From Tubiluchus corallicola (taxonomy: Eukaryota; Animalia; Priapulida), in the NCBI GenBank assembly GCA_030141605.1, contig JAQGDQ010000206.1, forward strand, positions 124,001 through 188,000: a DNA stretch of 64,000 bases. The letters are read 5' to 3'. The position numbers and the translations under genes were made by a program. The notes beneath the pieces were generated by a model that saw only the letters and a list, made by a program, of their open reading frames with translations, ran no database searches and had not been told where the DNA came from. Positions within the stretch are counted from its first letter, which is position 1. Every line of letters begins with the position of its first letter. Positions 26,662 to 41,000 of the stretch are shown here, piece by piece.

Positions 26662-29600
26662 TATTTGAAACTGCCAGGCGTAAATCCATACATTGTTTGC
26701 AACAGATGTAACAAAATAGAATGAGTGGGAAGAGCCAAACTACCAGCGGAGGTCAACCTCACGATGGCCTCTAGCTGCCTACCTATTCCACTATATAAAA
26801 TTATATATAAAGTTGATAGGTAGTAAGCCCTCTGTTTTTTGTTCACAAAGCCTAATAAGGGCAATTTAGACTGCTTAAATACCATTGCACATTAGTGATT
26901 TATGTAAACCTTTTATATGTAAACAATATCAAAATTCATGCACTTTTGTACCTCTAAATATATGTAACTGAAATTATGCTTTTCATTGCTAAGATTTTTG
27001 TTTTACTACTGTGCCAGATTTTCGTTGAAGGATTCAGGTTGCATAAAAAATTGGTTATTTTCGCGCTTAACTTTAGTCCCATGAAACTGGATAGTAATTT
27101 CATTGCAATATGAGCGAAAGGACCTAGAATTTTACCTTTACAGGTTTGTGCAGCATTGGAATTTTTTTCGTCACAAAAAACTTTCACTCACGAAGTTTTT
27201 TATTTTAGGAATGAAATCTTGAGCATACACTAAACTGATAAAACAATTTTATTAATTCACCTCTACAGGTTTTTTAATTTGATTGATTTATCGTTCATTC
27301 CAAACTTAAAGTTCACATTCAAAATACAGTTACAACAATAAATAACCGTTCAAGAACACACAGAAACTCATATAAAACATTTGTAATGACAAATTAATGT
27401 TCTAGCAGCCAAAGTTACTTAATTGAGTAGCTTTATGAGGGCAGGTATGACAAATTAATATTCTAAATGCTAAAATTGTTAACTGAGTACTGCTATGAGA
27501 GCAAGTATTGTATTGGTGCTGAATTAACTTGAAAAAGAACAACGTAATAATTGAAAAAATAAATTCAATTCTCGCACAGCCTGTCCACATACACAGTGAG
27601 TTGGTCGAAGGTGGTGTACTGTCCTTTATTCTGTCTGTGTTGCATCTCTTTATTTCTCAGCAACTATGCCACGTCATATAGGATCTTCATTATTTTTTTC
27701 ATTTTATTTTTTACAACTTTATTCTTTCTTCTTTTTTTAATCTCCAGAAATGAAAAAATGTTCAAATAATTGTTCAACGATGTTTCAAATGATTATAATA
27801 TTAATAAAGCCAATATGACTGTGAGCTATAGCGATGTTACAATGTAAGACATGTAATAATCGTTACGGCTTGCTAAATTTTGTCCAACAACTTTAAAAAT
27901 TTGATTCTTCTAATTTTTTTAAATCCATAGGTCATTTTCGAACATCGCGTATTCAATTATTTGACTAAATAATGGAAACGTATAATTCCATAATTCATTT
28001 CTATTTGTCGAGAAGTTTCTGAAACTTAACGAAATTTTTTGAATACAATAACTTCTCATTCAACTTAATGTTAACCTTGCTATTGGTTTTACTGCTTCAT
28101 ATTAGCCTGTATTATTCTGGTTTTGCACAGCTGTTAAGTACTATACTATAAAATAATATTCTGACCTTGTACTTGGTCATTTCCTTGCTATCAGTGCTCT
28201 TAACCACCTGTCTATTAATATCTTGTAAATTGCTAAAATCTCGTGGAAATCATGATTTTTTTCTCTTATTGTGTTTGTATTAAACTTAATAGTTTTGGTT
28301 GTGCAGTAGAAGTGAATGAATTTGTCGTTATTATTGTGGTGGCCACATTTTACATGATTTTTGAGTTGTTTGGTAATGAATATTTTTTATGTTCATGATT
28401 AAGTACTGCAGAACAGAAGGACAGACAAATGCAATTATAATCAAAACACTAAAATGTAAGAGTTATACATATTTTACAAACAGAGTACAAAGCTCTTTTA
28501 ATTACAGCAGTTGTTACTAAATAATGTAATGTGGTCAAATTAACATTCATTTTTTGTCTAGGCGTTAAAATTAAAACGAAATTGAAGTTTTCGATACCAT
28601 CCATCGTATGAAAAGTGCAATATCTGGACAAAATACTTGACTTCATTAACAACTGGTGATAAGGTCATCGTTATTTGAATAAATATATACATTAAATAAT
28701 TATATACAGTTAACAAAGGCAAAAAATGACAAAAAATATCAAATTCCATTCACTTCGTTTTCGAAGAACAGGTGTGCGTTCGGGTTGTACATTGCCCTCC
28801 ACTTTGCCAGTCTGTAACACAATTTGAAACACAACATTGATGGTGTTGTACATATTAATGCATATGTTGTTAATATTATGCATTGTAACAAATTATTATG
28901 ATAAAAATTTTAAATGAAACATACATATACTTTTCATCCTTCAGATCTTGGAACACGTACTTGTATATTGCTCGATCGTCAAGCCAAAAGTTTTGCTTCT
29001 TTGGCCGTCCATGTACAGCAGGTAGCGTCTCAATAGCTTCGTCTGAAATGAAAAGAAAAAAAAACTATTCACGAAGATGTGTATGAACGTATCTTAACAC
29101 AATAATTTATTTAATTACTCATTCGTTTATTCACTGCCACACACATCAAACACAAACGCAAAAAAGAGGTTGCAATTATACAAGAACATCATAAAACCAT
29201 ACAAGACAGTATTTTTGACGGACATGTATAAAATGTTTAGATTATAGAGTATATATAATAAATTATCTAGCTGCTTGAATAAACCTACTAGATATCAATG
29301 TATCAGCAAACCAATAAACGTAGCATCACATTATAGGGTTTACAAATCCGGTGAGTTCCAAAGCCTAATAATATGGATCGTATAACGAATTAATGTTCAT
29401 AGTCAGTGATCTTTGGACCTATTTGACAAATGGATGGGCGACAGTCAGAAAATTGTTGTTCTAAGCAGTCTTAAGATCAAGTAAGAAGTTTAAATAGCAA
29501 ACATGATATATGCAAAAACAAAAACAAGATACCAGTGTGGGATCCTCCATCGCAGCAGCCTTCAAGGTCAGGATCCCACAATGACTTTCTTTTCCATCTT

Positions 29601-30509
29601 CCACCACACCTAAATTAATGAGTGCATAATTACACATTAATTGCTGTTAGAAACTGAAATATAAATTCCTATTCTAATCTAACGACATTCATAATATAAC
29701 GACAAACACAGACTAATATGTATGGGCATAACTACATATTACCAGGGACCCTTATTTCATAATGGCTTACACACACAAGTACTAGCTTGCCTTTTGTTCA
29801 TTCCCGTAATCATTAGCGCTGATGTAATCCATTTCTCTGATGTATAAAACTTTCTACAGGGTGACATATGTGACATATGTGGCTCCATGTAATGAACGTA
29901 AGAAAACAGATTAAGAGTCTGTAACTTCATCTAAAACCTACCACTGGCCACAGTTGAAAACTTTAAAAATAAAGCAGGAAAGGGAAGGATGAAAAGGGGA
30001 AATCTACCAGACTAATAAGGTGTGTGCAACACATCAAACTCAGCCCAATTTTACTCCTACAGGATTAGAACTAAATGATAAAGTTCAAACAAGAGCTGTA
30101 ACGTCATGTCAAAATCTGAATTATAACTCTCATTGGTTGATAATTACCTAACGAAACTATTCTACATGGTGTTATAACACCTCTCAGGATGGGCTGCACA
30201 TCCACATTATTCCATCACTTCGATTTTTAAAACAGAATTCGACTATAGGAGCATTTATCCTATTTATCCTAAAGATACCACCAGTTGGTCAATGGCTGCT
30301 TATAATTATAATAGTTGCTTATTAGTTCAAAACATACGCGGTTTCTTTACCCAACAGCCCGACTGGTGTCTGATTCCACCCTCCTAGTCACAGGTTCACG
30401 TTAAACATATAGGTCTTTGGAACGGACAAACATCGGACAAGAATCTTTTTTCATATAATAGCAGTATTTAAATATTAAAACAAATCGTGCTTCTTTTAGT
30501 TGTCGATAC

Positions 30510-30583
30510 CTACCATAAATAAATCAGTATCGCTGTTATAACGACTATGGCTATTCCCATAGCAGCAATGCCCAGCTTGTAGG
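30510..30583 (-). CDS. CYB5: Cytochrome b5 candidate terminal exon encoding the tail anchor
   Basis: tactttttcag| acceptor; phase-1 reading gives a ~20-residue hydrophobic helix then TAG. Confidence 0.7.
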
Positions 30584-33500
30584 CTGAAAAAGTAAATAAT
30601 TTAGCTCTTATTATAAAATTGAAATATTATATTTTTACCGATAGGACAGTCGGTAATGTACATTCAAAGTCCGCAAAACAAAGAATGAGTCCATTATAAT
30701 TTACATCGCAAAAGCGCATCAGCTGTAGCAAGACTATAAGCATTAAAATTAAAAGAATCAAACTTGGATTATGAGTAATTAATAATTTTTAATTAATCAT
30801 GAATTATCTAAATCTCCTGCTTGCCTACCTTCCTACCTACTTATCTATGTGCCTACCCATATACCTACCTATTTATCTACCTACGTACGTACGTATCTAC
30901 CTACCTGCCTGCCTACACCCTTGACAATCCACTTGCCTAAAACTGTTTAGATATATTCATACAAGGCAAGCAGGTATGAAAACATTATTCTGTTAACTTC
31001 GTTTCTACTTCGTCACTTCAAGCTATTCTATACTATACTACTCACTACTATTGTGATCTATTTTTGCCATTGCGTTTATTCTACAGTATTTTGATTTGTT
31101 CTTTAGTAAGTCAGTCAACCAGCCAGCCAGTCAATAAGCAAGTGCGTGCGTGCGTGAGTGAGTGAGTGAGTGAATGAGTAGGTAAGTAAGTAAGTAAGTA
31201 AGGAAGTAAGTAAGCAAGCAAGCAAGCAAGCAAGTAAGTAAGTAAGTAAGTAAGTAAGCAAGCAAGTAAGTAAGTAAGTAAGTAAATAGATGATTAGTAT
31301 ACGACTATTAATTTTCACAATTATACAATAATTATATAATTAACTACGGTAGTGGATTACGTACTTAGTTTATTAGTTAGTTTTTGGTTAGTCAGTCAGT
31401 CAGCTAAGAAGGAAGGTAGGTCGGTAAGTAGGTAGGTAGGTAGGTAGGTAGGTAGGTAGGTAGGTAGGTAGGTAGGCAGGCAGGCAGGTAGGTGGCTGGG
31501 TGGGTAGGTTTTTAGGTAGGTAGGCAGGCAGGTAGGTAGGTACGTGGGTAGGTAAATAGGGAGGTAAGTAAGTAGGTAAGCAGGTCGGTAGGTAGGTAGG
31601 TGAGGTGGATCATTTGGTATATAATAAATAGTAGGTAGCCTAATGTTAAGTAGGTAGGTAGGTATATAGATAGGTAGGTAGGTAGATAGGCAGGAAAGAA
31701 AGTATGTAATCAGGTAGGTAGGCAGGTAGGTGGCTAGTGCTCCTCTGAAAATTTTCTGCACCACTTGTACTTCTTAACGTTTTCACTGCCCAAGTGTCAC
31801 TGCTCAAGTGTACAGCCCGTTGCCCAAATGTCAACTGCCAAGTGTACAGCCCAAGTGTTCACCCCCTGACTGCCTGCTGCCCAAATTTCCACTCCCCGAG
31901 TGTTCACTGCCCAAATGTCATTCAGCCCATATGTTTGGCTACCACTGGACTGTCACTCACTTCCCAAGTGCCAACTGCCCAAGTGACCATTGCCTAAATG
32001 TCCAATGCGCAGGTGGACTTATAACCTGACAGATCAGTAACTGATTCGCAAGTCAATAACTGTTTCGTGCATGTAGTATTCAGGTCACAAAGTTCTCTGC
32101 AAGAACAACGTTAGCTTACACGCAGGTCGGTCAGTATCCCCACTTCCCCCCTCCCCCTTGAAATAGGCCCTGGTTATGAGGTCAAGCCAATTTTTAGAAG
32201 TGACATTTTCTGTTGATCAGCCAAACACGTGGATTTGTCAGAGCGGAAGTAGGAAGTGAGGGACAAAAACATAATAATTAGCCACTAAGACAGTTGCCGA
32301 ACTTGTTCGCGCGTGTTGGAAAAACGGTGAACGATTGATATATGCTTACAGAGTATAAAACTGTAGGTTCAGGCACTCTTTCAGGGTTATTATTGGAATG
32401 AAAAAACGTACCTAATATAATCTCCATTGTAATCTTCATTGTAACCACCTAAAATAACTTTAAATAAGGCGCGAAAGAAATGCGTCTTGTCTCTTCCTTT
32501 CGCAGTTTAAAACTCGCAGTTGTTTTGTTGCTATGAAACCTCTCCGGGTTTACAATTATGACGCGAGACCCTAGCGCGTCTCCTGTTTAGGTACCTATAG
32601 CAGCAAAACACGGTGACTGGCGTAGCCATCAGCTTTTATCCAAGCCCAAAGTAACACAGCATTCTGTAGAAGTTATTCCCCGCACGCCCCATGATAAGAT
32701 TCGTACTTTCTCATTTACGATTTTTAATGCAAATTAAACAGCATTGACTTTACCTTAACGTATATATATATTGATCGCACATATATTATTTAATTCTTAT
32801 TTTATGAGAAAGCCCAATCCGAGCAAAATGTCAGTTTTCTTTTATTTTTATTTTTGCTAACAACAGGAAATGTAAGACTGTCACGTGTATGTGTTTAACT
32901 ATATGATGATTGTAATGCTTGTGTCCATCTGCCTAATGCAACCAAATGAAGAAATTACAATTAAATATTAAGTGCACAACATAATTAACGTAACCATCCG
33001 ACATATTTAAAGAGGAACGCAAACTAACTGAAGATCAAATTTCTAATCTCCGGCCGTGGATATTTTAAATACAATAAAAGCAAGATATTTCTCTTTTTGT
33101 ACCTTGACTGAATTAAATGAAATTTCAACGTTCATGATGCAGGATTAATTATATACAAATAATTGTTTGGCACTTTCAAGTATAATTATTTAAGTTAATA
33201 ATTGTCATTTCTGTCTGTTTATTGTTTTGTTTTCCGTATTCATGTATGTATTGTAAATATGTAACTAATTATATTTGTAAATATTACTAATGTACTGTGT
33301 AACTGCGTCGTAGTCATGTTCCTTTATGTACGAATAAATTAATAATAATAATAATAATAATAATAATCTTTATTTTAAAGTCGGCATTAAGATTAATAAC
33401 TGACGTGAGATCAAAGATGTAAGATCAATTATAAAAGTGCATAACGAAAATTATGGTACCCCACTTTTACCACGCGCCATACAGAGCAAAATCAAGCATC

Positions 33501-34956
33501 CTTAGTATAACCTGCCCGTGTGCTCCCAGATGGAAAGCAGATACGTTGTCATTAATTTATGCCGTTACTATTACGTGTGAGCATTACCTACCACTTTACC
33601 AGAAAACAAATTCAACTCGAATCGAATTTGTGACTTTTCGAACTCAAATCAACCCGAACTTCAAGATATCGCGAATCCCAGTTCAGTCTTAAAGATTTTC
33701 GAACGAATTTTCCTATCATAGTCAAAGATCACGCATATTAGCTGAGTTTATTCTGTAATGTACACGCTAGTAATTTGTTTAACTGAAATTGTTTACAGTT
33801 AGAATTGAAGTTTAAATTCTTCAATTACATGAAGAATACATGTAATTGAATTGCTGAATTATTCCAATACACAATTTTAACTAAAAAATTCCAGCTAAAA
33901 AACTCGTTTGAATCGAATTCGAACATTCGATACTCAACCCTAATGGTTATTGTTATTATTTGTGATTATTATATTATTGTTGTTGTTGTTATTATCGTTA
34001 TTATTATTATTATTACTCTTACTATTATCATCATCATCATCATCATCATCTTCATCTTCATCATCATCATCATCATTCTCATCCTCATTATTATTTTACA
34101 TATATTATGTTATCTCATCTGTGATGTAAGTCTACTATGTGTCAAGTTATGAAAACAAGAAAAACGAAAAATAATACAAAATCTTAGCACATGTATTTTT
34201 AATACCAAATTTTTCTTTCACAAAAGAACCATTGCAACAATAGCTGAATGTCTCGCATTGCCATGATGCAATGCGATCTCTGCGTCGATAATAATAACAA
34301 AAACCTTGAAAAGATCTCTAGATTTTCCAGAACTCTCAACAATTAAGCGTAATATTTAGCCTATTTCTACAAACACATTTCAGCTGTACTTATAAAAACT
34401 TACAAACCATAATGTCACCTCGCTGTTGCCAATAGCAACGAGATGCGGAGGCTGAGAATGTAGCGAATTTGCATTCTGCACATTGAAATCTTAGAAAATT
34501 ACAGCCATATAAATTTACATCACAGAACAGAGTTAGCTAAAAGACATTTCAGTGGCAAAATGGTGGATTTGTAGCTTCAATTTGCACATTATAAACACAT
34601 TAATACATTGGCCAGGTAACTGTCAGAAATAGGTAGGAAGAAATTTTAATAAATAAATTTTTAGATGGGTTCACGTCATATGTGGTTCGTGCACGTTCAC
34701 AAGTATGCACGTGGTACTAAACTTTTTGCACAGTTAAACGTATTAATAACATACACTTTCATCATATGACACCACACGTGTCGATACGGCTCCATGCTTA
34801 ACACAGCTCAACACTTCTTTATACATTTTGAAAACAGTTCACCTAGCTCCACTTATTTTTGTCTTCACACGTTTTCGTACGGGTCAACACTTGAGTATTT
34901 AAGGTTTTTTTGCACGGCTTGACACACACACGCACACGCACACTCACTCTCTCATG

Positions 34957-35010
<54 letters not shown>

Positions 35011-38000
35011 CGTTTTGATACTTCAGCCACTTTCAAGGTAACAAAAAATGTACAAGACGACGGAATCCTTTTTAATTCATGGTTTTCAATAATAACGCTA
35101 TTTAAAACCGAGCAAAACTATGTAGAGGACCAATAAAAAAGCGTGTGAAGCCATTGAAAGCCAAATAAAATGTAAGAAGCCATTTTGCTGAACTAGAAAC
35201 ATGATTTTTTAAAAATATTTTCACATCTGTCTTAGATCTAACCTGCTGTGACGTTTGCTATAAATTACCTCCTAATCCACTAATAAATCAATAATCAATG
35301 TATTATTCAATAACAAAAACTGATTCGCTATCAATTAGGCTGTACGAATTTTACATCATTGCAAGCCTACCACGCATGCGCGTAAATATAATCAAAAACC
35401 AAAAGCAAAATAGACTTAAAAGGTCCTAATAAACAATTCGGACATTCATAGACAGAGCTCAGAATTAGTGAAACCGAGTGATACAATTTCATTAAACATG
35501 TATGCAAAAATAAAGTACTTGTTAACAAATATCTCACAGTAAAAGTTTAGCAATATATTCGTCTATTATGAATTCATATAATAGAATACAGCTCCTATGA
35601 TAATCGCTAGTACAATCATCTGCGTCCAGGGCCTGAAAAATCAATAAAATTTTTGTACAATAAATATTCAATAAGAAGTAATCAATTTTTTCTAGAGTAA
35701 ACGAAATTGTTAATGTTTCCTAACAATGTAATTATTATAATCCAAGAGTAGTATGGCCCTCGTTTTTTTACGTCAAACTGACGAAAGATGGCGCAACAGT
35801 ACAGTAAGAAGCTGAAACGAGAAAGTGGCCTATTCAGGCTTAATTTTTCAGGAAATCTAGCGGCGTCAGCGTTTCTATGTCAACCCAAACTTTAATAAAA
35901 CAGACTAAAATTAATTTATCCACGTTTTAAACAGCGCAAATTCTGCATATTTGTGGGATATATAAACAACCATAAACGTGTTACTTAAGACACTGAATCA
36001 ACGAAGCACAATAAAAACGTTAAAAATGTTAAAAATGTAAAAAAATCTCCTTAAAGTATTTGAGAGATACCCATAATACTAACCATTTGCTAAAAAACAA
36101 ACTTATAAAGAAAACAACAAATTTTGTACACAAAATCGGGCTAGAATCAATCGCAAAGAACCCGAACACTAAGAATTTAAAATCAATAGAACAATAAAAT
36201 CAATATAAATGTTTTTGTGAATACTACTGTACAAGAACAGTGCAACAGTATTAGCTTGACTGAAGAAAACATCTTTTTTCTATATTGCCAAAGCCTATTG
36301 AATTAAAAGCAAAGCAAAGGACGCTTCGGAATTATAAATTTATCAGGCATAAGTTATTATTAATTTGTCTATGCAGAAATACAAACGTCAACAGAAAAAT
36401 TACTTAAGTCCTTCTTAACACACCACAAACAATTTTGCTGCCTACGTTTGTATCCAGCACATTACAAAACTACAGTCTGGAATGCAAAGCACTGGGTTTG
36501 TCGATTACTAGTTTTTTCTGACAAACTGATAAGTGGTTCAAACTGTCATTTACAGTTGCCACAGATCCGTTGTGATAATTCTGAGGGCTATTAGGCTTGC
36601 CATGGAATCCGTTTTTCGTAAAAACTTAGAATACGAAGTTGCTCTATTGTGACGTCACGCAACGTAAAAACTGGCGAAAACTTGTTACATGAACCATGAA
36701 AACAACGAGACCGACCTCCCTATAGGGCTGCATCCCAAAAAGTAAAAATCTAATAAGCTCTATTAATTCCATCATGATCTTGCTTGTGTGACAGACAGTG
36801 AACAGATATTTGCAATAATTGTTAATACCGTTCCAACATAAGTGTAATTAAAGGACAAGAAAATGGCCAACCAAAGCAAGCCTCGGAAAATTCTTAGTAT
36901 AATCTTAAGCGAATGAACTACTCACATTTTCGAATTTACTCCAATTTTTGTAAAATATTTCAACCGCTGCAGTAAACGTTGGCGCAGACATGTTTCATTT
37001 AGTCCGCCAATTGAAAAGCCAGCATGTGACTGATCACGTGGCATGACATCACCCGAACACAGTCGCAGTGAGTTGTGAGCACGTGTACTACCAAGACGTG
37101 TGTTTTGGTTCTGTGATGTCATCTAATATGGCGCCGCCGTGACAGTCTCGCGGGAGTATTTAAAATGAAAACAAACAGGCAATTCTTTTAACGTGAGAAT
37201 GATAAACGCTTAAGATTGCCTCAAACCATTATAATTCTTTAGCGAAAATTTTCTGAGACTTGCTTTAACACTAGGCATTTTCTGTTAAGTAGGTGCAAAC
37301 TAGCATATCACTCCCACTCACGTACAATTGCTAATGATCACAGCAAACCAAACTAATTAGTAGGTAACTAATTTAGAGCAAAGTGCAAAAGTAACAATGT
37401 CAGCCACATAGATCACAATCGCATGCGTGCACGTTAGAACGCATGCGCAGCAGATAGTTAGTTAATCTGTTACGAGTTAGATCAGGATTCATTAATCAAC
37501 AACGTAGGCCTAAGTAATCGATAACTCACCCGCACCGTTATGAGGTATTATTATTATTATATCTGGAAATTAAGTGGAAAAAAATCGATATTAAAGCACA
37601 AGGAAACTCTTTACTTAGATATAAATATAGTTTATAGCTTAGATATAGCTTGAAAAATTAGTCTTGAAATTTTGTATAACTTATATGCTTATTGCGTACA
37701 GAGCTTGCGTTAGCAGTAATGTTGTATAAATCTCTAAAATTTAAATTTTGTGAATAAGCGGAACATTAACTACGAAATTACAAAACACTGTTACATTAAC
37801 TAAAAATAGTCCAGCGCTTTAAAAAATAGTGCCGTCTTCCATAATTGAGTAAACAAATACAAAAATGACTTGTAACAATTTTAATTTACTTCTTGAAGCC
37901 TTTGATCTTTGCGTACCCCAAATATTGTCTCGGAAAAATGGGAGGGAGCAATCATGATCATGCTTTCAAATAGGATAATTCCCGGACTATCATTCCATGA

Positions 38001-41000
38001 ATGCATTGACAGCTACGTCGCTACAATTAGCTATTTAGTGGCGAAGACGAATTAACATTATCTAACATGCTAAATTTTTTTTTGAAAATTCACATCAAAA
38101 AACAATTCGCTTTGATACAGGTAAGATGTGTAGCTTAACAAAAGTTACTTACATGCCGGCGTCTTGAGGTGGCATTTCGTCGTACTTCGGTTTTATCTGA
38201 AAAATAGATCCGTATCTATAGCAACCACCGACCAGCAACAAGAGATGTTTTTGGTCGAGGTTCCATGCAAATCGCTACTCATCTGACTGTTGTTGTTATT
38301 GTGGGAGATGACGTTTCGAAAAAAAGCCCAAGGCTTCGTTAGTTCGTAATGGATCGTCATGCAACTTTACACGAATATATTAGAAAGAACTCTACATCGA
38401 CTGACAGAACTCAATTTTCGATCCGCCATTTTGAATTCCAGATGGCGGTAATAATATCATTTCCTAAGGGTCCGCCAATCCACAACGAATCATTAGAAAA
38501 CTTTATCGGAATGTACTAAAACAGATTAGGATTTTCGCTCAGCTATTTTAAATTCAAGATGGAGGTGATAACATCAGGTCCAAAAAAGCTTAAGACTCCA
38601 TCAACTTTCAGCAAATCGTAATGAAACTTTACGGGGAGTATACTAGAACGAACTCCCTGACAATGCCGATTCTTAATCTGCCATCTTTAATTCAAGAAGG
38701 CGGTGGTAACATCGTTTTGGAAAAAATGAGCAGGGCTCTACCAATTCGCAATGGATCGACATGAAACTTTATAGCACTTCGAACTTTTTTACACTTCGAC
38801 CCAGTTAGTGCCGCCATTTTAATGGTAAATCGTTTGAAAGAAGTTTATATAACAATTGTGCATAATCTAGAAAAATGATATCAGCATTCATAGCATAGAT
38901 TTCGCTAACTATGCAAAAGTTTAAATTATTTTTCCTTTTCAATGAGATCGTCATACGATACGATCAATAATGTGTTTTTTCGTGAATCAGTGGTGCACAC
39001 TGGGATGGTGAAACAGCGACGTTTTACCAGGCGGTGCAAACATTTTAAAATTATTAAAAATTTACTTTTACGGTTACATAAGCCTTTCAAACAGACAAGC
39101 GTAATGCTAAGCAATATATTGAGTTGAACAGGTGAATGTAGATTGTACATTTTTATTCATAGGTACCAGGCCAACCAACCTACAGGTAATGTTATGACTT
39201 CCACTTTAAACTAGGAAGCCCATAACATTACCTGCGATTGGTTGAGCAGTGGTTTCCTGTGGAAAGAACGAACACGTGACATCATAAGTTTTCTTCTGGT
39301 TGTCGTGGAATGCAGTTCTCCTCTCTGCCTGCCGAGTGTCGTGGATTCCGTAAGGTTTGAAGCATTGCATTGTCATCAGGTTTTGTTTTTTTTTCTATTG
39401 TGTTGTTCTTCTCAGCCGTCCCTTTTGAATTCTAAGTTTTGGTTTTGTTGTTTCTTTCTTAAAATTTCTGAGTGTCCGTTATGCAGCGCTTACCCGCATC
39501 GCCGATGGCGGACCGTAAGGCTATCTACCGGGTAGAACCAAGGAACAATATCTTTGTGTGGAAAATTCATGATAATTATACATACTGAATACTTACATAG
39601 ACATCTTTTTCTTTTCTATCTTCCTGAAAGGCAGACAAAAATATATGACTTAAATTCACAAAGTATCCTATCACATTTGCAATTAGTAGCATATTAATTA
39701 CTATTGTTTAGTCTTTGGTTTAAAGTTAGTAGACTAAAAGAAAAGTTGTACATAGCAATTTATTGAAAAATAAAGCTAAATTAGCAGACTTATGTGCTGT
39801 GCTTACAAGTGCTAAATCAGCAGACTTATGTGCTGTACTTACAAGAGCTAAATTAGCAGACTTACGTGTTGTACTTACAAGAACTAAATTAGCAGACTTA
39901 GGTGCTGTACTTACAAGTGCTAAATCAGCAGACTTACGTGTTGTACTTACAAGAGCTGAATTAGTAGAATTTAGCGCTGTACTTACAAAAGCTAAATTAG
40001 CAGATTTATGTGCTGTACTTACAAGTGCTAAATCAGCAGACTTAGGTGCTGTACTTACAAGAGTTAAATTAGCAGACTTATGTGCTGTACTTACAAGAAC
40101 TAAATTAGCAGACTTAGGTGCTGTACTTACAAGAGCTGAATCAGCAGACTTAGGTGCTGTACTTACAAGAACTAAATTAGCAGACTTAGGTGCTGTACTT
40201 ACAAGAGCTGAATCAGCAGACTTAGGTGCTGTACTTACAAGAACTAAATTAGCAGACTTAGGTGCTGTACTTACAATAGCTAAATTAGCAGACTTACGTG
40301 CTGTACTTACAAGAGCTAAATTAGCAGACTTAGGTGCTGTACTTACAATAGCTAAATTAGCAGACTTAGGTGCTGTACTTACAATAGCTAAATTAGCAGA
40401 CTTAGGTGCTGTACTTACAAGTGCTAAATCAGCGCTGTACTTACAAGTGCTAAATCAGCAGACTTAGGTGCTGTACTTACAAGAGCTAAATCAGCGCTGT
40501 ACTTACAAGAGCTAAATTAGCAGACTTAGGTGCTGTACTTACAAGTGCTAAATCAGCGCTGTACTTACAAGTGCTAAATCAGCAGACTTAGGTGCTGTAC
40601 TTACAAGAGCTAAATTAGTAAAATTAAGTGCTGTACTTACGAGTGCTAAATCACCTATATAAAATTGTTCCATCAATTCTACTGCGTCCGTGGAATGGCC
40701 GACTTCATCAAAACGTCTTGACGCATTTTTTCCTAAATTATCACAAAAAAACGTCATGTTTCGACAGCTGATATTATTTTAATGTTACGAAGTACAAAGA
40801 AAAATCTGCAGTTGAAATCGAGTTCACAAGCAAAAAAAACAAAAAACATCACAAAAATTCATTTAGAATAGAGTAGACAGCAAATATTTTTAAATGCCAG
40901 CGTACCTTGTTATAACTTTTCGCATCACAGTTAAATTAAAAGCGGCCTACTGCTTTGCATTGACGAAGTTTTTAGCTTACAGTAGGGGCACCAGAGCATC

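Noticed and set aside
29533-29609. CCDGGSH as a CDGSH (mitoNEET-type) Fe-S motif
   Set aside because: Lacks the C-x-C-x2-S-x3-P-x-C-D-G-S-H spacing (extra Gly, no CxC), and the reading frame itself is uncertain.
36926-36991. Minus-strand ATG..gtgagt segment [22 protein letters not shown], faintly like an acyl-CoA-binding protein start
   Set aside because: No downstream ACBP exons (LY..YKQAT.G, KW.AW pattern) were found, and it lies next to a dispersed repeat also present at ~12630-12700.
39763-40467. 234-aa plus-strand ORF of 12-aa repeats ([12 protein letters not shown]), superficially pentapeptide-repeat-like
   Set aside because: It is the antisense translation of the 36-bp intronic minisatellite, starts at TTG, and has no unique flanking coding sequence.
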